From the NCBI GenBank assembly GCA_965219415.1, contig CBDCNP010000002.1, positions 672,001 to 736,000 on the forward strand: a stretch of 64,000 nt of DNA, read 5' to 3'. This stretch comes from Candidatus Marinacidobacterales bacterium (GTDB taxonomy: Bacteria; Acidobacteriota; Vicinamibacteria; Marinacidobacterales; DATDRI01). The notes beneath the pieces were generated by a model. The model ran no database searches. It was given only the letters and a program-made list of their open reading frames with translations, and had not been told where the DNA came from. The position numbers and the translations under genes are program-made. Of this stretch, positions 39,961-50,203 are shown in pieces. Within the stretch, counting starts at the first letter, position 1, and every line of letters begins with the position of its first letter.

Positions 39961-42804
39961 ATGGGGACGTCCAAAAACGACATTTCGTTGGTAGTTGAGT
40001 CGGGCAAGACTACACGGGGATCCACGGGAAAACGTCCCGCATTGAAGTTTCAGCGCTATTTCACCCAAGCAGGGACTTCCCCGTTCGACGCCATCGAATG
40101 GGAGACCCGAGACGCCATCATCGCCAACGAAAAGGGAGACAGCATTTTCGAGCAGAGGGGCGTCGAGGTCCCCGCTAGTTGGTCGCAGATGGCGACCAAC
40201 ATCGTCGTGTCCAAGTACTTCCACGGAACGCTGGAGACTCACGAGCGAGAGCACAGCGCCCGTCAGTTGGTCGGTCGCGTGGTGAAGACCCTCACTCAAT
40301 GGGGCCTCAAGGGTGGGTACTTCGCTAGCGAGGAAGATGCGAATGCCTTCCATGACGATCTCGCTTTCTTACTGCTGAACCAATTTGCTTCTTTCAACTC
40401 GCCGGTGTGGTTCAATTGCGGCATCGAAGCCAGACCTCAATGCTCAGCATGTTTCATCAATTCCGTCGAAGACACGATGGATTCAATTCTGACCCTCGCC
40501 AAAACGGAGGGGATGCTCTTCAAATGGGGTTCTGGCACCGGTAGCAATCTGTCCCCACTGCGCAGCTCGCGCGAAAGACTCTCCGGGGGCGGAATCGCCA
40601 GCGGCCCCGTTTCTTTCATGAAGGGCTATGACGCCTTCGCCGGTGTCATCCGTAGCGGTGGGAAGACGCGGCGCGCCGCGAAGATGGTCATCTTGAACAT
40701 CGACCATCCCGACATCATGGAGTTCATCGAGTGCAAGACACGCGAAGAGAAGAAGGCGTGGGCTCTTATCGATGCCGGTTACGATCCGTCATTCAACGGC
40801 GAAGCCTATGCGTCGATCTTCTACCAGAACGCGAATCACAGCGTGCGCGTGACCGACGACTTTATGCAGGCGGTCGCCGAAGATCGCGATTGGGAGACGC
40901 GCGGTCGAACGAACGGCGAGCCGATGGATCGACATCCTGCCCGGGAGTACCTGCGCAAAATTTCCGAATCTACCCACGTCTGCGGTGATCCGGGCATGCA
41001 GTTCGACACCACCATCAACAATTGGCACACCTCCAAGAACACGGCGCGCATCAATGCCTCCAATCCATGCTCCGAGTACATGTACTTGGATGATAGCGCT
41101 TGCAACCTGGCCTCCTTGAACTTGATGAAGTTCTTGAAACCAGATGCGACGTTCAACGTCGAGTCTTTCCGCAAGGCGATCGATACAGTGATCACCAGCA
41201 TGGAAATCATTGTTGGAAACGCCAGTTATCCGACCGAGAGGATCGAGAAGAACTCTCATGCCTACCGCCCGCTCGGCCTAGGCTACGCCAACTTGGGCGC
41301 CATGCTCATGTATCAGGGAATTCCTTACGCGAGTGAAATCGGCCAAGACACCGCCGGAGCGATCACAGCAGTGATGACGGGTGAGGCCTACCTCCAGTCG
41401 GCTCGCATTGCCGCCTGCCTTGATCCGTTCGAAGGCTACGAGAAAAACAAAGAGCCAATGCTAGAAGTCATGGAAATGCATCGGTCCGCAGTGGACTGCA
41501 TCGATCCGGCGAGAGTGGAGCCGGATCTCTACCGCTCCGCCCACGACGTTTGGGACGAGACAGTGGAGGCCGGCCGTCGATACGGCTTCCGCAATGGTCA
41601 GGCTTCCGTGCTCGCCCCGACCGGCACCATCGGCTTGATGATGGACTGCGACACCACCGGGGTCGAGCCCGATCTGGCGTTGGTCAAATACAAGAAGCTA
41701 GTCGGCGGCGGCGTGATGAAGATAGTCAACCAAACGGTTCCTGCCGCGCTCGAGCGCCTGGGCTATAAAAAGCATGAGGTGAAGGGCATCGTCGACTACG
41801 TTCACGAGAATGGCTTCATCGAAGGAGCCCCCTCGCTCCGCGAAGAGCACTTGCCGGTATTCGACTGCGCGGTCGTTCCCGCTGGTGGAAGCCGCTCCAT
41901 CCCGTACATGGGCCACGTCAAGATGATGGCCGCGGTCCAGCCCTTTCTCTCCGGTGCCATCTCCAAGACGGTCAACATGCCTCAAGAGAGCACGGCCGAG
42001 GAGATCATGGAGACGTACATCGAGGCTTGGAAGCTCGGCCTCAAGGCTATTGCCATCTATCGGGACGGAAGCAAGCGCACCCAGCCTCTCAATACCATCT
42101 CCGATGCCCAGGCCGGAAAAAATGCCGCAAGGGAAGACTTGACGCGTCCGGTACAGCGGAAGATGGCGGTGGAGAGAAACGCCCTGACCCACAAGTTCAA
42201 CATCGCGGGCCACGAAGGCTACATCACCGTGGGACTTTACAACGATGGGAGCCCGGGCGAGATCTTCATCAACATGTCCAAAGAGGGGTCGACCGTCTCG
42301 GGTCTGATGGACGCGTTCGCGCGAGCGATATCCTACGCCCTCCAATACGGAGTGCCCTTGGAAGTCCTGGTGGACAAATTCACCCACACCCGTTTCGAGC
42401 CATCCGGCTTCACCGGCAATGCCGAGATCCCCTATGCGAAGTCCATCACCGACTACATCTTTCGTTGGCTGGCGGTGAAGTTCCTCACGCCGGACCAACG
42501 GGTGGCGGCGGGAGTTGCCCCCGACTCGAACAACGTAACGGACCCGGAAACCACAGCTGAGACGCCTCAGCCTGCAAGGCCTGCAAAGGTTGCCGACGAC
42601 GGGGCCCAGAAAGTAGTGCCACCACCCACTGCAACTCGGCCATCGGAGGACAACCGAGGCCCTATAGGCACGTCAAAAACGTCACCGAAGCTACCGAGGT
42701 TATACGAGGACGCACCACCTTGCTCAGTTTGTGGCTCGATCATGGTGAGGAACGGTAGCTGCTACAAGTGCCTCAATTGCGGAAGCACCAGCGGCTGTTC
42801 CTAA
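39961..42804 (+). CDS. nrdJ: Class II (adenosylcobalamin-dependent) ribonucleotide reductase with C-terminal TSCPD/Zn-ribbon region
   Basis: FNSPVWFN, QCSACFI, ASNPCSEY, APTGTIG, GAISKTVN, YRDGSK and C-terminal CSVCG..CLNCGSTSGCS. Confidence 0.97.
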   Translation: MGTSKNDISLVVESGKTTRGSTGKRPALKFQRYFTQAGTSPFDAIEWETRDAIIANEKGDSIFEQRGVEVPASWSQMATNIVVSKYFHGTLETHEREHSARQLVGRVVKTLTQWGLKGGYFASEEDANAFHDDLAFLLLNQFASFNSPVWFNCGIEARPQCSACFINSVEDTMDSILTLAKTEGMLFKWGSGTGSNLSPLRSSRERLSGGGIASGPVSFMKGYDAFAGVIRSGGKTRRAAKMVILNIDHPDIMEFIECKTREEKKAWALIDAGYDPSFNGEAYASIFYQNANHSVRVTDDFMQAVAEDRDWETRGRTNGEPMDRHPAREYLRKISESTHVCGDPGMQFDTTINNWHTSKNTARINASNPCSEYMYLDDSACNLASLNLMKFLKPDATFNVESFRKAIDTVITSMEIIVGNASYPTERIEKNSHAYRPLGLGYANLGAMLMYQGIPYASEIGQDTAGAITAVMTGEAYLQSARIAACLDPFEGYEKNKEPMLEVMEMHRSAVDCIDPARVEPDLYRSAHDVWDETVEAGRRYGFRNGQASVLAPTGTIGLMMDCDTTGVEPDLALVKYKKLVGGGVMKIVNQTVPAALERLGYKKHEVKGIVDYVHENGFIEGAPSLREEHLPVFDCAVVPAGGSRSIPYMGHVKMMAAVQPFLSGAISKTVNMPQESTAEEIMETYIEAWKLGLKAIAIYRDGSKRTQPLNTISDAQAGKNAAREDLTRPVQRKMAVERNALTHKFNIAGHEGYITVGLYNDGSPGEIFINMSKEGSTVSGLMDAFARAISYALQYGVPLEVLVDKFTHTRFEPSGFTGNAEIPYAKSITDYIFRWLAVKFLTPDQRVAAGVAPDSNNVTDPETTAETPQPARPAKVADDGAQKVVPPPTATRPSEDNRGPIGTSKTSPKLPRLYEDAPPCSVCGSIMVRNGSCYKCLNCGSTSGCS

Positions 42805-43063
42805 GTACCACGGCCGACTACCCGCGCTGGCCGACCAGCTTGGGCCGCTTGCGTAAACGTGATACTTCTCACATAATTCACTCGGAAAGAATAGTAATGA
42901 TCCCACTATGGAATGACGGGTACGGCGCCCACCTCCGTATCTTCCTGTCATTCCGAGGATTAACTTAGTCAACGGCGTTACGCTTTAAAACGACGAACTC
43001 AATGCCCGCCCGCGGGCGAGCCGGAGCGGCGGTGACGGCCGCTTCTTCGAGGAGTCACTTACG

Positions 43064-44921
43064 ATGACCCGATTCATGCCCGCCCGTCTCGTCATCATTT
43101 CCACCCTCTTCACCTTTCTTTTTTCCGATTTCGTGTCTTCACAGACCCCGGGAGCGGCGACGCAAAACGAGCCTTCCCAGCAAGTACCCGGAATGCCTGT
43201 CATCCATCACGACCCGGTGGAGTGCGTCGTCGAGAACGTGCACCCCCTGTTCCAAGCCTCCGTTCAGGCGCAAGGCGGACTTCACACCGTCAAGATTTAC
43301 TTCCACGCCAAATACCTCAGCGATTTCTATTACGTGGAGATGGCCGACACGGGCGACGGCTGGCAGGCGTCTCTTCCGATTGCGGCGCCGGAAACGAGCG
43401 GGTTCGTGTACTACATCGAGGCGGTGGACCTTTCCTTCAACACGTCTCGTACCGCGGAGTCACGACCAAAGTCACCGACGAGAATGAATGTGATCGAAGA
43501 GACGAGGGGGCGCCCCCAATCACGGTCGGGAGCACTACCCCCGGCGGCGCTGCCGTGCCCGAAGGCTTCCTCGCCACGGGAATCACGAGGCTCATCACCT
43601 CCACCGGCGCCAGTCGGGCGGTGGACGGAGGAATCGGAGTGACCACCGGGATCATCATTGCCGGGGGAGCGGCGGCAGCGGGCGTCGGTATTCTCGCTGG
43701 CGGCGGTAGCGACCCGGAGCCCGAACCGGAATCCCCGCCAACCGTGGACCCACCCACCGGAGGTGGTGGCGGTAGTGGTGGTGGTGGTGGTGGTGGTGGT
43801 GGCGGCGGTCCGACCGACCCCCCACCGGAACCCGAAGGCACGGACCCGGTTGCGTGCTTCGACACCGATCCCAATCCACCGATCGTCAACATCAATGACG
43901 CGGTGAAATTCAACGCCTCTTGTTCGACCGCCGACAAACCTCTTCGCGCGCAAATGGACGACAAAGATCGAAACCTACCACTGGCGCTTCAACGATGGTA
44001 AGGCGGACAAGGAAGGACGGGTTGTCAACCACCTCTACGGTGAGAGCGGGCACGCATCCCACCGAGCTCACCGTTACCGACAGCGCGGGCAACACTGACA
44101 CCACATCGGTCGATGTGGTCGTCCGAAACACCGTGTCGCCACCTTCGGGTGGTGGTGGTGGTGGTGGTGGCTCGAGCGACGCCGACATTCAGGTCAACGT
44201 CAGCCGCCCCACCGGCAGCGTCTCGGCCGGTACTCCTTTTGATTACACGGTACGCGTCCACAACGGGGGGATCCTGGATGCTGTCGACACCAACATGTCG
44301 GCCGACCTCACCGGGACCGGCTCCCCTACTATTACCGGCGCACCTGACTTTGGCGGCTTTACCTCGTGCGCCTTCACCCCCACCAGCGTCGACTGCAGAC
44401 CGACCACGATCTCAGGAGGTAGCACTTTGACCGTGGTCATCACCGTCGTTGCCTCCACGGGCAGTAACGGCTGTGTGGCCTCTGCATCGTCTTCCAGTCC
44501 CGACGACAACCCGGGAAACAACAGCGACAGCGCAGCAGTGCTGGTCACGCAGCGAGCGCCCGACGACTTCCGCGTCTCGATAGACACCGCCTTCACGAGT
44601 CGCCTGGAAGTCCCACCCCCCAACGGGAGTGTTCGCGGCCAGGTGCTATTGAACGGAACTCAGCTCGACCAGACCGACAACAGCGCACCCTTCCGGCATC
44701 ATCTGAAGGGACGAAAGGGCAAAAACATCGTGGAGGCTCGAGTGGTCTCCGGTACCGGCGAAGGCCGTTGGGTTTTCAACTTTTCGGGGGCCCCCAACTT
44801 CGTCCCCGGAAGCCTCGCAGCCGAGTCTGGGCAGGTGATATCGCGGGGATCGGATCGGGTCGTTTTTCGCGTGGGCCCGTCGGCCGAACCGATTAGGTTC
44901 CGCTATCGACTGTCGCGGTAG
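43064..44921 (+). pseudogene. Secreted PKD/DUF11-like surface protein with poly-Gly linkers; at least two frameshifts
   Basis: Signal peptide, IHHDPVECV..YYIEA domain, PKD-like PVACF..VKFNASCS..LTVTDSAG, DUF11-like DDNPGNNSDS and (GGT)n tracts at about 43762-43809 and 44148-44170. Spread over three frames. Confidence 0.7.
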
Positions 44922-44927
44922 GTTGTA

Positions 44928-46226
44928 CTAGGCGGCCTGATCGGCGAGCACACCGAGAGCCATCTCGTCCGAGACTTCGTTGACGAGAACGCGGACGAAA
45001 ACGTTCCGGAGTGGCCGAGAAGACACGACGCCGACGCGTAGGTAGTTGTCGGTCAGACCGGTCCAAAGTCCGCTATCGTCTTGTTGCTCGAAGAGGACTT
45101 CTACTTCTTGCCCGAGGTAGCGTGATCCGAACTCATGACGCTTGCGGCGTGAGAGCGCCCGCAGTCTCTGGCTTCTCTCTTTGATGACCCGAGGGGGAAG
45201 GTGTCCCTCCAGACGTGCGGCACGGGTACCGTAGCGTTTAGAGTAACTGAAGACGTGAAAGTACGAAAAAGGAAGTTCGGTTAGAAGACGTTCCGTCCGC
45301 TCGAACGAAGCGTCGCTCTCCCCGGGAAAACCGACGATGAGGTCGGTTCCTAGTCCCACGTCGGGAACGGTCTGCACCACCCCTTGAAGGAAACTCCGGT
45401 AGTCGGCGGCGCGGTAGCGACGATTCATTCCCTCCAGAACGGAATCGTCGCCGCTTTGGATCGGGACATGAAAGTAGTGACAGAGTTTTTCGGACTCCGC
45501 CATGTAGTCGACCAGCCGCGGCTCGATCGTCGTCGGCTCGATGGATGTTATTCGGATCCGCCGGAGACCGTCTACAACTTCCAGCCTTTGTATCAGCTCG
45601 AGAAACGACCGACCCTCGGAGCGATAGCGCCCTATGTTCACACCGGTCAAGACGAGCTCGCGATGACCGCGCGACACGAGCTCTAGTGCCTCGCGAACTA
45701 CATCGTCGAGATCGCGACTCCGTTCCCTCCCCCGCGTGAAGGGGATGATGCAGAAGGAGCAGAAGAAGTCGCACCCGTCCTGAACCTTTAAGTTGGCCCG
45801 CGTCGTCGTATACTCTCCGGTACCACCCACTTCGAAATCCGAATCGTCGATGAGCTGCGAATGCAACACCACCGGCTCCGGGAGTTTGCGCGGGTGATCG
45901 ATGAACGCGGGGAACTTCATCTTGTACTCGGTGCCCACGATCATGTCAACGCCCGGGATCTGTCGCAAGGCCTCGAGCCCCACCTGCGCATAACAGCCCG
46001 TGACCACGACGAACGCGTTGGGTGAACGGCGAAGGGCCTGTCGAATGACGTTACGACACCGAGCTTCTCCGTGCTCGGTGACCGAGCACGTGTTGATAAC
46101 CGCAAGATCGCACGGCTCCCCCCACTCCACCATGGAGTAACCCTTACCCTTGAAGTTGCCCGCCAACACGGCGGTCTCCGTCTGGTTGAGTCGGCAGCCT
46201 AGCGTATAGAAAGAAGCTCGATACAA
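44928..46226 (-). CDS. mtaB: tRNA methylthiotransferase MtaB (MiaB-like radical SAM)
   Basis: TLGCRLNQTE, INTCSVT, VVTGCYAQ, KVQDGCDFFCSFCIIP and IVGFPGE. Confidence 0.92.
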   Translation of the reverse strand: MYRASFYTLGCRLNQTETAVLAGNFKGKGYSMVEWGEPCDLAVINTCSVTEHGEARCRNVIRQALRRSPNAFVVVTGCYAQVGLEALRQIPGVDMIVGTEYKMKFPAFIDHPRKLPEPVVLHSQLIDDSDFEVGGTGEYTTTRANLKVQDGCDFFCSFCIIPFTRGRERSRDLDDVVREALELVSRGHRELVLTGVNIGRYRSEGRSFLELIQRLEVVDGLRRIRITSIEPTTIEPRLVDYMAESEKLCHYFHVPIQSGDDSVLEGMNRRYRAADYRSFLQGVVQTVPDVGLGTDLIVGFPGESDASFERTERLLTELPFSYFHVFSYSKRYGTRAARLEGHLPPRVIKERSQRLRALSRRKRHEFGSRYLGQEVEVLFEQQDDSGLWTGLTDNYLRVGVVSSRPLRNVFVRVLVNEVSDEMALGVLADQAA

Positions 46227-46302
46227 GGCAGATGTCCTCTAAACGGCTGAGTATAACACGCGTCCAACACCCGAGCCGCTCACCCTAGCCGATGACCCGA
46301 GC

Positions 46303-46965
46303 CTACCCGATAATGACGAGATGGAGCTCCCGAGGGCCGTGAACTCCCACCGTGTGTACGAGCTCGATGTCGCCGGTGCTGCTCGGCCCGGTGATGAAAG
46401 TAAGCGCACTGGGAAGCGTCCCTTCCACCGCCGTCACCCGCTCGAAGAGCTCGCCCAACTCGAAGCAGATGTTCCGCGAATGCAGCACCGCGATATGTAC
46501 GGGCGGGACGAGAGACACCGCGCGCCCTTCACCGGGCCGGGTCAGGAGAACCAGGGTGCCGGTTTCAGCAATTCCGTAGTCGACCCCGGTCAACCCAGCC
46601 TCCGCAGAAAAGTTCGCACTACGGATGGCTTCGCGAGAACCGCCTTCCCTCAAATCGCAGACCTCGAGCTCGATCCCCGCCTCGAGAAGTGCCCGGTCGA
46701 GGTCCAGCTCCTTCAAGACCGCGGTGCGTGTTCTCACCAGCCGGCGGACTCGGGCGGCGCGCAGCACCCTCACGATCCGATCCCGTGCATCTCGCAAAGA
46801 CGGCGCTCGATGCACCACTCCCTCTACGGCTTCGAGCTCTCGGGCCAACCGATCCGCCAACTCCCGCTCCGAGAGGGGCTCGGAGGATGGCGGGGGACGC
46901 GAGGGAACATCGTTCGCCTTCGCAGGAGGCAAGCGGAGCCGGGCGAGAAAGGATTGCTGATCCAT
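46303..46965 (-). CDS. lutC: Lactate utilisation protein C (LUD domain)
   Basis: GIAETGTL, SLVPPVHIA and ITGPSSTGDIE..GVHGP. Confidence 0.9.
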   Translation of the reverse strand: MDQQSFLARLRLPPAKANDVPSRPPPSSEPLSERELADRLARELEAVEGVVHRAPSLRDARDRIVRVLRAARVRRLVRTRTAVLKELDLDRALLEAGIELEVCDLREGGSREAIRSANFSAEAGLTGVDYGIAETGTLVLLTRPGEGRAVSLVPPVHIAVLHSRNICFELGELFERVTAVEGTLPSALTFITGPSSTGDIELVHTVGVHGPRELHLVIIG

Positions 46966-46972
46966 CCGTCTT

Positions 46973-48403
46973 TTAGCCTCGCCTTACCTCGAAACGCTGC
47001 CGGAAGGTCTTCCGCGCCGGCGCCGGAAAGTCCCGAAAACGTGACCAGGCGGAGAGCCCGGGAGGGCGCCGCATCATGCCGTTGCCGACGAAAGGGCGAG
47101 ACAGCCAATACGCGACTCGCGTTGCGAAGCGGTATCGTCGCTCCGAGCTCATCGCGTAGACGAACAGACGTACGAGAAACCTTTCCAGGGGTCGGCCGGG
47201 GACAGAACGGGCAGCCGGCACGGGCCCCTCGCCGGAAACGACCTTATTCCGCTGTTCCAACAGCAAACGAGGGATATCGATACGAACCGGACATACTTCT
47301 CGACAGGCACCGCACAACGAGGAAGCAAACGGAAGCTCGGAAGCTCGACGATGTCCAACGAAAGAAGGCGTGATGATCGCACCGATCGGGCCGGAGTAGA
47401 CCCAGCCGTAGGCGTGGCCGCCGGCGTGGCGATACACCGGGCACACGTTGAGGCAGGCTCCGCACCGTATGCAATAAAGCGATTCCCTCAGTTGAGGATC
47501 GGCCAGCAAACGGGAGCGTCCGTTGTCGAGTACGATGAGATGAAACGCTTCCGGGCCGTCCTCTTCTCCCTCGCGCCTCGGCCCGGTGATGAGCGAAACG
47601 TAGCTCGACATCTTCTGCCCGGTGGCGCTTCTCGCGAGAATTTTCAGAAAGACCGCGAGAGCGGCGAGATCGGGGATGACTTTTTCCATTCCCATCACCG
47701 CAACATGGACGCGGGGAAGAGACGTCGAAAGTCGAGCGTTGCCCTCGTTCTCAACGATGGCAATGCTCCCGGTTTCGGCGACCGCGAAATTTACGCCGGT
47801 GATCCCCATCTCGGCGCAGCGAAATTTTTCGCGGAGATGACGGCGGGCCTCTCGAGCCAGCTCCTCATGACGCGACAGACGAGGTGACCCGAGCTTGTCG
47901 ACGAAGAGCTCCGTCACATCCTCTCGCGATTTGTGGATCGCGGGCGCAAGAATGTGGGAAGGCGCTTCGCGAGCGAGCTGGATGATGTACTCTCCCAAAT
48001 CGGTCTCCACCGGCTCGACGCCAGCGTCTTGCAACGCTTCGTTGAGAGCGATCTCTTCGGTCGTCATGGACTTGCTCTTGACCGCCATGCTGGCGCCATA
48101 CTGGTGGGCGAGCCCCACAATGATCTCCTGCGCCTCTTTCGCGTCCGCGGCCCAATGCACCGTGCCACCGTTTCCGCGAACCGCTTCGGCGAGCTCGGTA
48201 AGATATTGGTCCAAGGCGGCAAGTGTTCTTTCTTTGATATCCCTCGCAAGGTCGCGAAGCACGTCGCCCTCGGGGTACTCGGCGAAGGCCTCGTCCCTGC
48301 TCACCATGATTTGAACGGTCGCTTTCGACAGTGCGTTCTGAAGCTTCTGATTGGAGAGGGCCTCCCGCACGTTCGCCGAGAAGCGATCGCTGCTCAGCTT
48401 CAT
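46973..48403 (-). CDS. lutB: Lactate utilisation protein B (Fe-S)
   Basis: KSKSMTTEE, ETDLGEYIIQL, CIRCGACLNVCP and SSLCGACREVCP. Confidence 0.95.
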   Translation of the reverse strand: MKLSSDRFSANVREALSNQKLQNALSKATVQIMVSRDEAFAEYPEGDVLRDLARDIKERTLAALDQYLTELAEAVRGNGGTVHWAADAKEAQEIIVGLAHQYGASMAVKSKSMTTEEIALNEALQDAGVEPVETDLGEYIIQLAREAPSHILAPAIHKSREDVTELFVDKLGSPRLSRHEELAREARRHLREKFRCAEMGITGVNFAVAETGSIAIVENEGNARLSTSLPRVHVAVMGMEKVIPDLAALAVFLKILARSATGQKMSSYVSLITGPRREGEEDGPEAFHLIVLDNGRSRLLADPQLRESLYCIRCGACLNVCPVYRHAGGHAYGWVYSGPIGAIITPSFVGHRRASELPFASSLCGACREVCPVRIDIPRLLLEQRNKVVSGEGPVPAARSVPGRPLERFLVRLFVYAMSSERRYRFATRVAYWLSRPFVGNGMMRRPPGLSAWSRFRDFPAPARKTFRQRFEVRRG

Positions 48404-49137
48404 GACTCGTCTCCCGCCAATACGCGTGCGATGTGTACCGCCCGCAGTCCACTCCCCCGCCTGCGCAAAGCACCCTCGATGTGCATGAGGCAACCGCAAT
48501 CGGTTGCGGTCAACACGTCGGCGCCTGTCGACTCGAACGCTTCAAGCTTATCGTCCAGCATGGCCTCCGAAAGCTCTGACATCTTCACCGAGAAAGCACC
48601 GCCGAAGCCGCAACAGATATTGGCTCCCGGAAGTTCTACCAAGTCCAAACCGTTCACCCCCTGCAATAGCTGGCGTGGCTGGTCGCAGACGCCGAGCTCG
48701 CGAAGGAGATGACAAGAATCATGGTAAGTAACCCGCTTCGAGACGCCGCGGGTTCCTTCCCTTCCGGAACGAAATCCCTCTTTGGCAAGAAACTCGGTTA
48801 GCTCGTAGACCCGGCTCGCCAGACGACGAGCCCGCTCCTGCCACTCCGGCTCGCCTTCGAAGAGCTCGGGGTAGAAGACGCGCACCATGCTGGTACAAGA
48901 ACCAGAGGGAGCAACGACGGCGGCGTAGGGCTCGAATATCTCGATGAATCGACGAGCCAACCGACGCGTTTCGTCGCGATAGCCCATGTTAAAGGCCGGT
49001 TGACCGCAGCAGGTTTGAGCCCGAGGGAATTCGGGTCGGCACCTTGCCCTTTCGAGACAAGCGACCGAGGCCTCTCCCACCTCGGGAAAAAGCTCGTCGA
49101 CGAGGCAGGTAACGAAGAGAGCGACTTCTTTTGCCAT
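48400..49137 (-). CDS. lutA: Lactate utilisation protein A (CCG domains)
   Basis: LFVTCLVD, QTCCGQP, YHDSCH, CCGFGGAF and DCGCLMHI. Confidence 0.93.
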   Translation of the reverse strand: MAKEVALFVTCLVDELFPEVGEASVACLERARCRPEFPRAQTCCGQPAFNMGYRDETRRLARRFIEIFEPYAAVVAPSGSCTSMVRVFYPELFEGEPEWQERARRLASRVYELTEFLAKEGFRSGREGTRGVSKRVTYHDSCHLLRELGVCDQPRQLLQGVNGLDLVELPGANICCGFGGAFSVKMSELSEAMLDDKLEAFESTGADVLTATDCGCLMHIEGALRRRGSGLRAVHIARVLAGDES

Positions 49138-49153
49138 GGCGACGCGGCCCCGC

Positions 49154-49495
49154 TCAGCCGGGCGGCCAACGGAAGCTGCGGCCTGTCAGAAGGTGAAAGT
49201 GCAGGTGATAGACGGTCTGGCCGGCCCAGCTGTTGCAGTTCGCGACCAAGCGATAGCCCTTTTCCGCAACCCCCTCTTCGCGCGCAATGTCGCGTGCCTT
49301 GAGCACTAATCCCCCCACCAGATCCGCATCCTCTTTGCTCAAGTCGTTGATGGTGGGAATGTGCCTCTTCGGAATGACCAAGATGTGAGTCGGGGCCTGA
49401 GGATTGATGTCTCGAAATGCGTAGATGCGCTCGTCCTCGAAGACCGGAGTGCTAGGTCGACGTTTTTCGACGATATCACAAAAAGTGCATCCCAT
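49154..49495 (-). CDS. Histidine triad (HIT) nucleotide-binding protein
   Basis: CTFC, AFRDINPQAPTHILVIP, GQTVYHLHFHLL and WPPG. Confidence 0.95.
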   Translation of the reverse strand: MGCTFCDIVEKRRPSTPVFEDERIYAFRDINPQAPTHILVIPKRHIPTINDLSKEDADLVGGLVLKARDIAREEGVAEKGYRLVANCNSWAGQTVYHLHFHLLTGRSFRWPPG

Positions 49496-49614
49496 CAGTG
49501 TGTCCGGCGCCTCGAATCTTATGCGCAGGAGGCACTTGCGGTCAACGAAGTAGCCTGGTCGTTCCCGACGTGGCCCTGCGGTCGTCTAGCTGATAAGTTA
49601 GCGCAAATCGAAGT

Positions 49615-49678
49615 CCGCCTCCGCTGAAGCTTCGGCGGACCCGCCGAAGTCCTTGGAACGGAGGTGGACGGAGGCGGG
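49615..49678. repeat. REP-like palindromic element, same family as 35491-35563
   Basis: CCGCCTCCGCTGAAGCTTCGGCGGACCCGCCGAAGTCCTTGG..CGGAGGCGG. Confidence 0.7.
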
Positions 49679-49692
49679 GAGGTTCTGATCCT

Positions 49693-50142
49693 ATGAGTGA
49701 GAAAGCGGGGCTTTTGACTCGCGGACATACCAAGCTGACACTGGCCGGAGCGAAAGTCATGTTGGAAGGGGCCGAGGCCATGGCGCGCGAGATGGGGCTC
49801 GCCATGGACATCGCGGTCTGTGACGAAGGAGGCAACCTTCTGGCCTTTCATCGCATGGAGGGGGCAAAGATAACCAGCATCGAGGTCGCCATCGGCAAGG
49901 CTTTCACCTCCGCCGCGACTCGCCTCTCGACCGCTAAGTACGGCGAGGTGGCGGCCCCCGGCAAACCGGCGTTCGGCATTCACGTCAGTAATATCGGCCG
50001 ATTCATGATATTCGGCGGTGGTCTCCCCGTTTCGGTCGACGGCGAGCACGTGGGAGGGATCGGAGCCAGCTCGGGCAGCGTCGACCAAGACGCCGCCGTC
50101 TCGCAGGCAGGGATCGACGCTCTTAACGCCGCCCTTGGGTAG
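49693..50142 (+). CDS. GlcG/HbpS-family heme-binding protein
   Basis: IAVCDEGGNL..RMEGA..AIGKAFTS..GGGLPV..GGIGASSG..D. Confidence 0.9.
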   Translation: MSEKAGLLTRGHTKLTLAGAKVMLEGAEAMAREMGLAMDIAVCDEGGNLLAFHRMEGAKITSIEVAIGKAFTSAATRLSTAKYGEVAAPGKPAFGIHVSNIGRFMIFGGGLPVSVDGEHVGGIGASSGSVDQDAAVSQAGIDALNAALG

Positions 50143-50203
50143 ATAGAGTGAGTCGCCTAGTTCACGCCTTGTGAACGATGGTCCTCTGCGCTACGAATAA
50201 GTA

